A stretch of DNA of 64,000 nucleotides from Isurus oxyrinchus. Lineage: Eukaryota. The notes under the pieces were generated by a model, which worked only from the letters and a program-made list of their open reading frames with translations, ran no database searches and was not told the DNA's origin. Of the stretch, positions 26,501-41,500 are shown one piece after another (the stretch's first letter is position 1; every line of letters starts with the position of its first letter). The DNA is taken from contig JANJGN010000016.1 in NCBI GenBank assembly GCA_026770705.1, forward strand, positions 36,208,001 through 36,272,000. Direction: 5' to 3'. A program made the translations under genes and the position numbers.

Positions 26501-29500
26501 AGAAAAGCCACACAGGTATATCTTAAGTTGAAGATGTGTACATTTATAATCAGCTTAAATTTCTCATTTAGATTATGCCTACTGCAACTGCTGACTTGAC
26601 AGAAAAGCCTGGGACATCTGTAAAACAAAATAAGCAGATAAAGAATAAAGAAAGGTACTGTGGCAGTGAATTCTTATGGTAGGCTGGGCTGTATGAATAA
26701 AAACTGTCCTCAGCTCAAAACGGTGAAGTGCTTTTCTAAATTCTGAATTAACCAGAATTGAGAATTAAAAGATTAATTTGTCAACACACCAGGGGTGTGG
26801 CACTTATAATGTATGATTCTTAAATTACAAGTCTTGCTAATGTTTCCTTGCTAATGTTCTCCCACCCCTTCCCTTGTCCTCCCTTCTCTCCTTGGCTCTG
26901 GTTCCACAGAGAGTGATCAATAGCTCACCCAAGGGGTGACTATCCATATCTTGGTCTTGATAGTGAATCCTGGATTTACTACAACTGGCCACTTGTTGTG
27001 GAGTTGTTAATAAGATGGACAATAGTGGAATATCTGTTTAGTTTTGTCCTGTTGGAACTTCTCCGACTTTGTTTGACAGCAATGTTGCTGTTGAATGACT
27101 TTAGCCAGTTGGGCATTTTATTAACACCTGAACACCTTGCATGCCATTTCCTAATATATAGGTACCCACACAACAAGTCTAAAGAATGCCAACTATGGCT
27201 GATTTCAAGGCCCAGAGAAGTGGTTTGAATTGATAATATTTCAATCATTTGTGACTGTTTTCATTTAGCTTATTTGTTTTTCTGCTAGCACTTAATTTCT
27301 CATGAGCCTTGGTAACAATTCTCTAAATAAATGTTTCCCCCTCTACACAATTACTAAGTAATGAGTTCCAGAATCCTTGGTGTTTGGACTGTTAAGAGGA
27401 CCTGTAGAGTCTAGTCAATCTGCACAAATATTGCTCTGTCCTCATCTGCACATTTGCATCTGATTATGCTTTTGTAGATGCTTATCTTCCCTAAAGAAGC
27501 TGAGACCGATGATCCAAGTACCACTAAGATATGCAAATACTTTCAATGTAATGTTAGATCCTTCCTTGGAATGACCTTGATCACAAAGCAGCATGCAATT
27601 TTAAAAAAATTCTCATCCTTGTTTTCAAATCCGTCCATAGCCTGGCCCTTCACTACCTCTGTAACCTGCTGTAGCCCTACAACCCTGTAAGATATCTGTG
27701 CTCCTCCAATTCTGGCCTCCAACCATCCCAATTTTTATTGCCCCAGCATTGATGGTCACGCCTTCAGCTGTCTAAGTTCTAAGCTCTGAAATTCCCTTCC
27801 TAAACCCCTCCCTCCTCTACCTCACTTTGGTCCTTTAAGACAAAACCTATGTCTTTGACCAAGCTTTTGGCTGCATACTTTAGTATCTCATTATGTGGTT
27901 CAGTGTCATGTGTTGTTTTATAATATGCCTATGAAGTGCCTTGGGACAATATAAATACAAGGTGTTGTTGTTGCTTTCAGTGACAGTTCATGAAGTAAGG
28001 ATGCCAGGTTGATCCACATTACCTGAAATGGCTGCACCTGCCACTCATTAACTAAGAGACCTGCAAGCCCTGGTGCACCTATCTTGCTGTGACAATTTGG
28101 GACTGTTTCCAAGGGTTTGGATAGTGAGAGGGAAACATGCGGAGCTGTTCCATCTGCTGAAAAAATGCCTGAGGCTACCACATAGTTATAGGTCTGACAC
28201 ATCAATAAGAGTAATGTTCAGTTGTGACTTGAAACTCTTCTCCAAGTTATGATGCCATGAGTAAAACAGAGAGCAACCTTCCACTTCAATAACCTGTTAA
28301 TAAATGGTGACATAGAATCCTCAGGTGCTGGGAATTCTGCGATGAGTAACTCACCTCCCCAAAGCCTGTACACCATCTACAAGGCACAAGTCAGGAGTGT
28401 GATAGAATACTCTCCGCTTGTCTGGTTGAATGCAGGTCCAACAACAATCAAGAAACTTGACACCTTCCAGGGCAAAGCTGCCTGCTTGATTGAGACCCTA
28501 TCCACCACTTTCCACATTCTCTCCTTCCACTACCAATGCAGTGGCAGCAGGGTGTACAATCTACAAGATGCACTGCAACAGCTCACCAAGGCTCCTTAGA
28601 CAGCACCTTCCAAAACACAACCTCTACCAGCTAGAAGGACAAGGGCAGCAGCTGCATGGGAACACCATCCTCCAAGCCATACACCATCCTGACTTGGAAA
28701 TATATCGTCGTCCTTCACTGTCGCTGGGTCAAAATCCTGGAACTCCCTCCCTAGCAGCACTGTGGGTGTACCTACACCACATGGGGACAAGAAGGTGGCT
28801 TACCATCAGCTTCTCAAGGGCAATTTGGGATGGTACTCCCACATCCCCTGAAAGAATTAAAAAATGGTGAGCATAGGACAATCCCAGCCCATAATATTTA
28901 ATATTTAAGACCAAAATCTAAGCAGCACAAGAAAAATCATGAGTGTTATTGCAACCAAATATAGGGCAGTCATTTTGGGCTGGAACTGAATTTATTTTTA
29001 TAACTGGTGGCGGGGTGGGGGGGGGAATAAATGGGCCTGAATATTTAGGATGGCAGCGGCTTGCCAACTCTGGCTGCCCTACAGCCATTTTATGCTCAAG
29101 TGAGTGTTGATTGGCAGTAGGCAGGACTTCTGCCCCTCTTTCGGGAAGATGCTAACCAATCTGATTGGCTGGCAGCTCTCCAATCCCTGCAGCAACAGCG
29201 CTGCAGTGGCTTGAAGAGGAACTGTAAGGAGCTGCCTGAGACTAAGTCCTGGGAACCAAAGACCCAGCTAAGTGTCAGGGGTCCCATGGCAGGGTGGGTA
29301 GGGAAGGCCTGAGGTCACCAGGGGCCGATCGGAGTCACGGGAGATAGGCCAGGTTGGGAGGGGGGGTCCAGAGATCACCAGGCCTTAAGGGGAGGGCACC
29401 CCCAGTCAGAAGGGGGCTTCTGATGGAGGCCACCCCCTGCCCAACCCCCACAACATGCTGCAGCCCGAGAGCTAATTTTATTTATTTTCGGGTTTCCCCC

Positions 29501-32500
29501 ATAGAGCTTCAATCTGCATTAATTGGCCGCTTAAGGGCCTCAGCTGGGGCAAGGGTGGGCTTCCCGTCCAAGTCTTTGCCCACCCCAGCATAAAATCGCT
29601 GCGAGGCTGGGGAAGGCAGGAACCCGGAGGGAATCCTGCCCCTGCAATTTCACACTCCCCCAACTCCTGCCTAAAAACCCACCAGGGGTGGAAAGCGTCA
29701 AATTCTGGCCATGATTTTGAATCCCAGGTTAAAGGTGATATAATAGAGACAAATTTACATTTCTCTTGTGTGGTCCTTTGTGTTATGAACAGGTACATTT
29801 TGATGGATCTACAGGGAGCTGATGCAATAATCACTGTAATTTTCCCTCTCACAGACAGCCAGACAGTGCATTGGCTTATCAGAAGAATTGTTTTGAAGTA
29901 TGGAAAAGCCATGCCCCAAAGATATTCAGGAACAGAAGAGCTGCGGTAAAAAGTACAAAGAAAGAAGTATTAAGTATATAAAATTCATTTTATTTTCATG
30001 ATGTCTCCTGCCTAAAACTTTGCACCTTTACCCACAATTTCAACCGCTTCCCCAACTGCTTTAGCTTAAGCATAACGTGCACATCCTTGATTTAAGATGA
30101 GTTTTAATCTCCATTATCAGATCTAAATGACTTAATTACATTTTTGATCCAGCCTCAATCATCACTGCCAAAACCCTCATCTCCATCTTAGTGCCTATTT
30201 GGTCTGATTTCTTCATGCCTTCTTTTCCTTAGATGCACCATTCACAAACTCAAACTTGTCAGAACTTTGCCTGCAGCTTATCATCCTTGTATTTGCATAT
30301 AATTTTCAAATTTCTCATTTTCAGCTTCATCTGCAAATCCCCCGTGATCTCTGCAATTTCTTCCAGTCCTCTCTACATCCCATTTGGGCTTCTGATTCTG
30401 GCCAGAACTCTAACAACATGCCCCATTTGTGATAGCAGAGCTTTCCACCTCAATGTAATCTGCAATTCTGTCGCTCAGCCTATCTTCCTTTCCAATCTCT
30501 TTGCATCTTCAAAAGTCATCTCAAAGCCTACCTCTCTGTCAATACATTCAGCCAGTTCCACTAATACATCTTCCAATTACCATTTGGCATGTGACCACCC
30601 CCACCAACTTCCAACTTCAGGAGTTTGCACTGCACCAATGATTTTACATTATAAACTCTGTACTTGTCAAACTGAGAGCCATTGCTACCTAAGGAATGTA
30701 TTAAGCAGTTCCATGTATGCTTAATGAGAATGAATTCCCCAACCTTGAAGAACATTCGCCAATCCAAGGAGCATGAATTTTCAGCAACTGTAAGAAATCC
30801 CTATGAAAGGAGCTTGGGGACTTTCAACCCAGCTCCTTGTGAGCATCAGCCCCAAACACAATAATTTGGCACAAGTTCCTGGTCTTACCTTGGTAAAGAG
30901 AGTATTGTCTTCAGACCAGAAATATACTCCATAGAATTAAGGAAAAAGAAGTTTTACGTCTAGGTGATACCATGAAAACATAATGAGGAAAAAGAAACAA
31001 AATGAAGAGATGCAGTAGGAGAAAGATCAAAATAGTAAAAGGCACTGACATGCACTTTACGTATTTCAATTCTTGCTTCCAGGTGTTAATAGCCCCCGTA
31101 AGAAGCTACCACTGAAAAACCAACCAAGAAGAGAGACTGATAAATCAGTTTCCACCATGCCAGTTCATAGTTCCTTCAGAAGACCTTGTAACATTGATTC
31201 ACAGAGCTCTTCATCATACAAGTCATGCCCCATTTATGCTCCTCACGATCTTCTACAGTACAGAATAGGCAGAAAGAGATTTTCTAATGTAAATTCACAC
31301 AGCAACCAAAATCAGGTGAAATAAGCTCGTATCTCATAATGGTTTTAAAGGATCTTTAGACTTTTGTACTTTAAGTAAGAGAATCATTGATTATATAGTT
31401 GTATTTCCAATGATCAGTTATACATTCTTAAAAAATGATATTATATGAGCAAGCTACTTATGGTGTGACCATGGGCCTCTTGCTTCCCACCCCACGCCCC
31501 ATCCCTCATCCCAAACTTCACCTTCTGAATTCCTGTTTTCATATGCTTAAGACTTGTCAATTGCACAGCCCCAGGACCCCTGGGTGAAGGAAAAAGAGTG
31601 ACAAAACAGTACTGATGAAAAAACCCCATCACCTAATCTGTCACTCTCAACCACCAGCTCTGGAACTGCATGTGCCTTGGAGAGTATTATCAGGTTGGGA
31701 TCGGCTTGTGATGAGTCACCAGGCACGAGTGGGCTGCAACCAGGCATGGGTGAAAGAATGGGATGTTTACCAGCTCATTGGAGAGCAAGGTAGCAGATGA
31801 GTACCACTACAGAGGACTCAGATGAGGGTCTTGATTGCTTGGCATACAGGGGAGTGCTGAATGGACATGTACGCCAAGCTGCTGGGTGCATTGGTTGACA
31901 TGCCAGACAACCTTCTGCCACTGCAAGGAACAAGGAGGAGTCCAGTTCCAACTTGGCAGAGGGGATGATAAAAAGCTTGCCCTCTGGGCAGCCTCTACCC
32001 CATATCTATCGTGTTGCAGACCCAGAGACACTGCTACTGTTGACCCCTATCTGTTTCATTCTTTGTGCACACAGGTCACCTTCTTCACCTACAGTGAGGA
32101 TGCAATGGCACTCTGGCAAATCCAAGAGCTCATCAAAACATATCCAAAAATATTCTAGCATGCTTTCAGACACTTTGCAACAGAAAAAATTCCACAAAAC
32201 TATCTTGCCTGCAATCAGGGTGCCTGACTCTTTAAATTTCACTGCAGCAGGGCCCATCTTGCACTCCCGTGCTTCCTTTTCATGACTAAGCAACACAAAC
32301 ATTGCCTCCAGGCTCAGTGCCCAAATTGGGGATCCAGGTGCCACATCAGCTGGTTGTGCTGATGGTTCTGCATGCATCCATATCCTTGCAGAATGCCATG
32401 CAGCAAGCTAGAAGTAAAGGCGCACTGCTGAATTTTGTACTCAGTATCATGCAAAGTGAACCATTTATGATAAAGTAATGGTCAATGAAATAGCATCACT

Positions 32501-35500
32501 GTGTTACAGATCATATGTGCAGTAATCTTCAGTATTTTAATCATGCATTTAATTAAAAAACACAAGATATGCAAAAATAATGTTGTGCTGGATTGTATGG
32601 AATGGTATATTCGCTATCTTTGTTTAGGATATGGAGCAGTAACTGAATTAATCTGAAATTTCCTCAGCTTGGAGGTATCATCCTTTTTGTATGCAACCTT
32701 ATTATTCATTAACACCTGCAGAATTTTCTAAGTGGCCTTCATTCTATTTGTTATGCTTTCTGTTTGTGCTCAACAGGAACAAACAGACCTGGAAGCCCAG
32801 CATACGAATTACAATGCTGAACAAACAGATAAAGTAACTAAGGCAGCAATATGGTAAAACACCATTTTTCTTGTTTTTCTTTCCTTGATCACATATTAGC
32901 TTGAAGCTCTCTTCCTCCCCCATTGCTCTGAAAAATGGTGCACTATAGTGGTTTAGTAGCGGCTCATTTTTACCTCACAGCCCCTATAATCCTACAACAG
33001 CTCCATATTTGGCTAAACAATAATAATAATGGAATCCTGGCCATTGTCTATGTACACCAGCTTATTGGAATGCACCAGATGATTCTCCTTATATTCCATA
33101 AGCAGTTTAATATACACTTTATCAGAAGAAGACATAGCCTATAAACATACAGAATTTATTCAACTGGACAGCAAATGAACAGTGCTTATTGCTGCAATTA
33201 CCAATTGTAATGATTTCTACAAATGTACATCAAAACAATAAAATGTGCTTTTCCATACGTATATTGAACCATGAAAACTGACATTCACTTCTTCCATCTT
33301 GAATCACTGCCAGACTCATATGAGCTTGGTTTCAGTTGGCTACAGATTGATTGTTCGCATCTTCCAGCTGCAAATAAAAGACCCAAACTAGAAATTTCCT
33401 GCCACAGAACTGTCAATCAAAAGGATCATAGCTAGTCATTGGCCCTGCTGCTTCTCTCAATTCTCAGACACAGTTCTGTTGAAGGGTCATGAGGACTCGA
33501 AACGTCAACTCTTTTCTTCTCCGCCGATGCTGCCAGATCTGCTGAGTTTTTCCAGGTAATTCTGTTTTTGTCTCAGACACAGCTGTCAGTCAAAATCATC
33601 ACTCTAGGCTGATTCTTTGATTCAAGGAAAAGACTTTAACAGGCACATTCCATTTAATTGCATGGATTGGATGCCTTTTTACAGTCTTTGCCACATGAAC
33701 TTCTTCAATTTCTCCTAGGCCCAGCAAACCCAGAACATGCAGTCACCCTTCAACCTGATCCCGGGCATCTTGGACCTTTAAGAGGTGGATGGCCCTCTGC
33801 TTAATGCAGCACCATGCTCCTTCGCCACATGTCAGAGGCATCATTACTGAAAGTGGGAAGCTTTCCCATGGCCAATAATTGCACACATCTCAGAACATGT
33901 GCTACACCCTCAGCTGCTGCATTATTTAATTCCCAATCAGGGAAAGCAGCAACCTGTTTCAGAGAAGCTGTTTATTTTTGACCTGCAGCCGACGAACTTC
34001 CAAGTTTGACTCCTACATTTGTTTTTCAGGAGGTCCATTCAGATTAAGGGTAAAGGTATCATGTCAGCACTTAACGGTCAGGACAGCCACCCTGCTCAGA
34101 TGGGAAAATCGAGGTTAGTGTATAGATGCTAAGTACTGGATTATATACCCTGCAATGTTTCACAACTTCTCACCTGTATGTACTGTTGGGAAAAAAGTAG
34201 ACGGAAAACAAAACAAGGCTGACTTAACGTATCTCCTAATGGTTGATTACAAACCAGTATCGAAAGAGACTTTGGAGCAGGTTTTCTTTCTTAGCTGTCT
34301 AACAAATAATACATAGAGGCAGATGGAGAAACCATAAAGGCAATAGAACCTATTTGAACATGGTGAAAATTGAATTTTAAAAATCCAGCAGATGTAGCTG
34401 GTGAAAATTGAAGTACCAAAAGTACTAGACCAATTAAATGTTGATGGCTTTCTCAAATAGGCCTTTACACTTTCTCTGTTTTTCGATGTTCAGTTCCTTA
34501 TTGTTACAGTGTGAGGAAAACGAAAAGATTCCACTTGACATTGACGTAATGAACGAGAATCAAAAGGCTCATTCCGGAATGCAAGATGATTGCAACCCTG
34601 AGGTAGGGATTAATGATAACAAGCCCTGGCTCTACATAGAACACCACCTAAATGAATCCATGTGGCATGTTACTCAATTCTTTTAAATCTTTGATGGCGT
34701 TTGAATTTTTGAAGAGGTTAGTGTTTGTACATCGAAAAAAACAATTGTTCTATTTCCTTTTTGTATTTTATATTTGTTCTCACACTTTAAAATTCCCTAC
34801 ACCGTGCTCGGTTTTCTGGGAAAGAGAGCTTCTTCCCTGGTCTCTGTCAATAGTCCAAATCATTGCATTGTCTGAAATGGAAATTCAGCATATGAACCAT
34901 CACAACGGAGATCTGCATCACACTGCTCTGTGAACTTAAACTATGTAGTATATTTTATACAATATAATAAAAAGTAGTTTTATGCTGGCATACATTCCCA
35001 TTGAGTAAGGGTGGGAAATTGTCTTGTGTAGTGTTGCTCCTAGCTAATACTATTTGGATCAAATACTCCTGTGGTAGCAAATTCCACATTCTAAACACTC
35101 TTTGCAAAAGATATTTCTCCTGAATTCCCTATCGGATTTATAGTGACTATCTTACACCTTCTTTGTGGCTCCTAATTCTGCTCTTGCCCACAAGTGAAAA
35201 TGCCTTTTCTATCTCTACTCCATCAAACAAAATATAAAAACTGATAGCAAAAGCTTCTACAAGTATATAAAAGGAAAGAGAGTAGCTAAAGGGAATGTTG
35301 ATCCCTTGGACGACGAGACTGGAGAGTTAATAGTGGGGAACGCAGAAATGGCAGAGATACTTAATCAATATTTTGCCTCAGTTTCACAGTGGAGGACACT
35401 AGTACCACCCCAATAGTAACAGGTAGTGCAGAGGATATGGAGAACGAGGAACTTAGAACCATCAGTAGAGAAAAAGTACTGAGCAAACTATTGGGATTAA

Positions 35501-38500
35501 AGAGTGACAAGTCCCCAGGACATGATGGCCTACATCCCAGGGTCTTAAAGGAAGTGGCAGCAGAGGTAGTGGATGTGTTGGCTACAATATTCCAAAATTC
35601 CTTGGATTCTGTAAAGGTTCCAGTGGATTGGAAAAATGCTAATATAACACCTTTATTAAAAAGGTGGGGAGGCAGAAGGTAGGAAACTATAGACCAGTTA
35701 GTTTGACATCTGTCATTGGGAAATTGTTGGAATCCATTATTAAAGAAGTAGTAATGGAACATTTGGAAAGTCAAAATGCAATCCATCAGGGTCAGCATGG
35801 TTTTATGAAGAGTAAATCGTATTTGACTAATTTGCTTGAGTTCTTTGAAGATGTGACAAGCAAAGTGGATAATGGGGATTCGGTAGATGTAGCATATCTG
35901 GACTTTCAGAAAACCTTTGATAAGGTGCTGCACAAAAGATTAATACACAAGATAAGATCACATGGAGTTAGGGGTAATATGTTAGCTTGGATAGAGGATT
36001 GGCTAACCAACAGAAAGCAGAGAGTCGGGATAAATGGGTCTTTTTCTGGATGGCAATCTGTAACTAGTGGGGTGCCACAGGGTTCGGTCCTTGGGCCCCA
36101 ACTATTTACAATCTATATTAATGACTTGGATTCAGGGGTAGAAGGTACTAAAGCTAAATTTGCAGGTGGCACCAAAATAGGTGGGAAAGTGAGTTGCAAG
36201 GAAGAAATAAGAAATTTACAAATGGATATGGACAGGTTAGGTAAATGGGCCAAAATTTGGCAGATGGAGTTTAACGTGGATAAGTGTGAGGTTATCCATT
36301 TTGGTCGTAAGAATAAAAAGGCGACGTATTATTTAAATGGAGAGAAACTTCAGAATGCTTCAATGCAGAGGGATCTGGGTGTCCTCATGCATGAATCGCT
36401 GAAAGCTAGTATGCAGGTACAGCAGGTAATAAGGAAGGCAAATGGAATTTTGGCATTTATTGTGAAAGGAATAGAGTATAAAAATAGGGAAGTATTGCCA
36501 CTGTACAAGGCATTGGTGAGACCGCACCTGGAGTACTGTGCACAGTTTTGGTCCCCTTACTTGAGGAAGGATGTAGTTGCATTGGAGGCGGTTCAGAGGA
36601 GGTTCACTGGATTGATTCCAGAGATGCAGGGCTTGTCTTATGAGGAGAGATTGAGCAGTTTAGGCCTATACTCGCTAGAGTTTAGAAGGATGAGAGGAGA
36701 TCTAATTGAGGTATATAAGATGCTAAAGGGGATAGACAAAGTAGATGTGGAGTGGATGTTTCCCCTTGTGGGGCATTCTAGAATGAGAGGCCATAGTTTT
36801 AGGCTAAGGGGTGGTAGATTTAAATCAGAGATGAGGAGGAATTACTTTTCTCAAAGGGTCATGAATCTATGGAATTCACTACCTCAGAGTACATGGATGC
36901 CAGGATGCTGAATAAATTTAAGGAGGAAATAGTAATGGGTTGAAAGGTTATGGGGAGAGGGCGGGAAATTGGAGTTGAGGCAAAAATGAGATCAGCCGTG
37001 ATCGTAATGAATGGCGGGGCAGGTTCGAAGGGCTGAATTGCCTACTCCTGCTCCTAGTTCTTATGTTCTTATGTAAACCCTTTCATAATCTTAAGGAGCT
37101 ATAAGAAGTCATCTCTCAGTCTTCTCCTTTCTAGAAAAAAGAGCCCCCAGCATGTTCAATCTTTCCTGATAGGTATAGCACTTCAATTTTGGTATCATTC
37201 TAGTAAATCTTTTTAGCGTTTGCTCCATTGCCTCTATATCCTTTCCATAATATAGAAGCCAAAACTGTTGACAGTAGTCCAAATGTTGGCTAAGCAAACT
37301 TCTATGCAAATTTAATCACAGCTTCTCTGCTTTTAAATTATATTCCCCTAGAAAGAAAACTGCAATGCTTTGCTTACTTTATTCTTATGGCCTTATTAAT
37401 CTCCGTTGTCACATCTCGTGACTTGTGCAGCTGCGCTCCGCATTCCGCTGTTTCTCTACCTCATTTAGGCTCTTATTTTCCAAGAAGTATGTAGCCTCTG
37501 TATTCTTAATGCACTACTTCACATTTATCTATATTGAAGTCCTTTTGCCAATTACACAGAAAGAAGGAAAGACTTGCATTCATATGTCACCTTTCACTGT
37601 CACAGGATGCCACCAAACTCATTACAGCCAATGGTGTACTTTTGATTTTGTCACAGACGAAATTTTTGTGATGCTTTTTATTACCTGTGATCAATATGTT
37701 TATATGTAATATGTATGTGTTTTCTTATTATCATGCACTTTCCCTGGAATTTAAAATGCAATGTCTCACTCACTCGACTCACACACACACTATCACACAC
37801 AGAAATTAGATATAGGCGAAGGTAAAATAGTATAATTGCAATTTATGATTTTCTCAGTCTCCTTCATGGCAAGCCTGTAGTTTCTTAGATGAGCTGATGC
37901 ATTAATTGGAGTGAAGGCCTTGTAAAGCAGAGAATTCTCAGCAAGCTGTGAGGCTTCTTATAGTCTAATTTCCAGGAGGTTGGTTCTCAGGTGAACTTGA
38001 AGTTGGAACTGGTTGAGGGAGTCCTTCTCGCACTTTCAAGGTATTGCTGTTTATTACCTTGGCTGCTTAGATGACTTGTAGCTGATTCAATGGCTTTCCG
38101 ATGGAGTACTATCTACAGAACAACTCCTTGCTGTTATTTTAAAAGCAAAAAGTCTGTCTTGTCATGTGATCTTTTTCAAGTCCAAAGTTTTTAAATATAA
38201 GGTCAGTGGCTGTATCCATTATACATCCTGTGTGATGGCTTTCACACCTTGAGAGTTTGGGACAGCCAATGTATCTGAATCACCCATTCAACTTGAAATG
38301 ACCCTTTTGAATTAATTTCAGGAAAAGGCGTTGAGTCAGCATCAGTCTGGAAGGTTCCTTTTGTTCCCTCTTGAGACAGGAAGTGTTTTAATCCATGAGA
38401 GAAGTCAGGAGATCCTTGGGTAGCCATTTTTTTTCAGTTGTTTCTGGTTAGCTTAAAATATAAAAATTATTTTTAATTTCAGAATATTCTCGGACATGAA

Positions 38501-41500
38501 AAAGTATAGTTGCTATTGTAATTAGGAAACACAGCAGCCAATGTTCACAAAGCAATCTTCCACAAACAGCAATGTGTCAACATCCAAATAATTTGTTTTT
38601 TTTAAATAATATTGATTGAGGGATAAATACAGCCCATGGCTTCGGTTGGAGATCCTATGTTCTTCAAAATAATGTCATGGGATCTTTTACTGAGAAAGCA
38701 GACAAGACCTCAGCTTAACATCTCATCTGAAAGATAGGACCTGCAATAGTGCAGCACTTTCAGTACCTTGGTGTCCTATTTCACCCTAATATGTGGTTCC
38801 AGCCATTTCTCCTTAACATCACCAAGACTGCCAATTTCCACTTCCCTAACTTCTCCTGACTCTGCCCCTGCCTCAGGTTATCTGCTGCTGAAACCCTTAT
38901 CCATGCCTTTGATAACTCTAAACTCGATTATTTTAATGCACACCTGGCCAGCTTCCCAAATTCTACCCCCTGTAAACCTGAAGTCATCCAAAGCTCCGCT
39001 GCCCGTACCCTAAGTAGCATCAAATCATGTTCACCCATCATCATCATTGCTGGCTGTCCCTCAATTTAAAGATGGCATTGACTCAGGGTTGTGAGTTTCT
39101 GCCAAGCATCTTCATGCAGCTGAACAGGCTGATTCTCCACCCACAGGACTTTGAGCACATGGGGCAGGACAACCCACTGTTAGTGGGATCCAGAGTGCAG
39201 GATTTGCCTCCTTTTCCCTCCTTCTCTACTACCGCTCTGACTCATCATTAGGACTAGTTGTTTGGTAGCACAGAACTTGGGTATTGCTGAGAAAAGAGAC
39301 TTTTTAGTCGAAGCTTTTCGTCTGGTACGCATCTGGACAATTTGCAAGAAAATACCAATGTCAGGGAAAATAACATACTTATACTGTATGAGAAGAGAGT
39401 GCTGATTGGTTGGCAAGTAGATTCTGATTGGTAGAGGCGTTTCCATGGAGAACGCACCAGTTTATGGTGACTGACAGTTAACTGGTACATTCTCCATAGC
39501 AACACCTCTGCCAATCAGAGCCCAATCAATCAGCACTCTCCTCTCATACAGTATAAATATATTGTTTTCCCTGACATTGGTATTTTCTTGCGGATTTTCC
39601 TGATGAGGCTTCGACAAAAAAAACTTTTCTCAACAATACATCATTAAGACAATGTGACTCAAAGCGTGATGCAGCTTGATGGACAAGTTGTCACCATTTT
39701 GAATGCTTGATAGCAAGCTCCGCCCAGTCATTAATGTCAATTCTGCCGTGCTCCAAGGAGGGTTTCAGAATGTCTTTGAAGCATTTTCTTTGTCCTCCCC
39801 TGGAACACTGGACATTTGAGAGTTGAGCAAACAGGACCTGGCAAGGGAGATGCTCTTCGGCCATCCAGGCACAGTTTCCAGTCCATCGAAGTTGATTTTG
39901 CAGAAGTTTTGCCTAAGTACTTGTGGTGCTGGCTTCAAGGACACTAACATTTTTTCAATGGTCCTCTCACTGAATACAGAGAATGCAATGGAGGCATTGT
40001 TGATGGAATTTCACAAGTGTTCTTATATGTTGCTGATACCCAATCCAGATCTCACACAGTGAAGGAGTGTTGTGGCAACAACTGCTCTGCACACTCAGAC
40101 TCCTGTTGCCTTTGTTGTCAAATACTTGCTGCCATAGTTTGTAGAAGGATGAGCTAGCGCAGCTAATCTGGAGTTGGATTTCCTCCATCACCCATCACCT
40201 TTGTGCTCACAGACCTACAATAGCTCCACAATTTTACAAAAACAGCAAGTGCTGAAAAAACCCATTAGACTTGAAACATTAACTCTGTTTCCCACTTCGC
40301 AGATGCTGCCAGACCTCCTAAGTTTTTCCAACACTTACTATTTTTATTTCAAATTTCCAGCAATTGAAGTATTTTGCATTCATTTAAAATCCTATTCATG
40401 TTTCCAAATCCCTCCATGGCCTCACCCCTTATTATCTTTGCAATTTCCTCTAGCCTTACAACTCTCTGAGATATTTGCACTCATGTAGCTCTGGCCTCTC
40501 GAACATCCCCAATTTTAATCACTCCACCTTTGGTGGACGTGTCTTCAGCTGCCTAGGCCCTAACATCTGGAATTCTGTCTCTAATCTTATCTGCGCTGCT
40601 TCCTTCCTTTAAGATGTTCCGTAAAACCAACCCCTTTGACCAAGCTTTCAGTCATCTGCCCAGCTATTATCCCTTATATGGCTTGGTGTCACATTTTGCT
40701 TTAGAACGCTCCTGTGAAGCACTTGGGATGTTCCATTATATTAAAAGTACTTAGACATACAAGATGTTGCTGTTATAATACTTCACTGGAGTGTCGGCCA
40801 GAATTTTGTGTTCAAATCTCTGAAGAGGGATTGTAATTCACAACCTTCTGGCTCAGATGCAAGCGTGCTAGCCACTGAGCAACGTGTAATCCTAGAAGTT
40901 TATTAATGTCTTCCTGCATTATGTCAAAGTCCTTTCTCTGTATTAATTACACTCCCCACTTTGGTGTCACCCACAAATTTTGAAATTTTACTTCCTATTG
41001 CTTGGCGGCCATTCATGCACACCTTCTTCTGTGCAGCAATTTTCAAGACAGACACCATGGGTGCAGTGGTCTATATGGTTACCATTTATGTGCAGGGAAT
41101 ACTAATGCAGAACTTTCATTCAGGAGATTCAATAGGTGAAATAAAATCAACGGCAGCTGGATTATACACGATTTGCAGAAGGAAACAATTGATGGTCTCA
41201 TTGTATGTCTAAATTTTTCTGACAATACAATTACAAAAATAGAAAAGGTGCTGTTTTACTTGAAATGTTATAATGGGTGGAATATTGTGAACGACTTGAA
41301 AATCTCTGCTTCTCCCTTTGACATGGGATAAATTAATACATATTCTGCTTGCATTTCTGAAAAATAAAATATTCTTTAGAGTGTTGTATGTACTATCTGT
41401 TAAGAGTGATACAATGACTGCAGCAAACATGTAGCGCAGTATTTAATGGAGGCAACGGAAGTCTCAGCCACCAGCTGAAGAGCTGGTGAGAGTGCTGTGT

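Larger units (their letters stand above)
37560..40880 (-). mobile_element. Deu-domain SINE (SacSINE1/AmnSINE-like) split into three pieces by later insertions
   Basis: Pieces at about 37560-37645, 38500-38765 and 40785-40880 follow the order of the Deu-SINE consensus as I recall it. Confidence 0.55.

Noticed and set aside
26454-26515. Candidate exon ERATAPKKIKSILGMRKATQ
   Set aside because: It would leave only a ~56-nt intron before E1, and the paralogous site is broken by a MITE.
27478-27547. Candidate exon MLIFPKEAETDDPSTTKICKYFQ
   Set aside because: Plausible AG/GT, but phase 0-to-1 does not fit between E1 (ends phase 2) and F1, and it has no counterpart in the second module.
31600-33960. 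Possible Tx1/L1-like LINE remnants
   Set aside because: Too degenerate to call or bound by eye.
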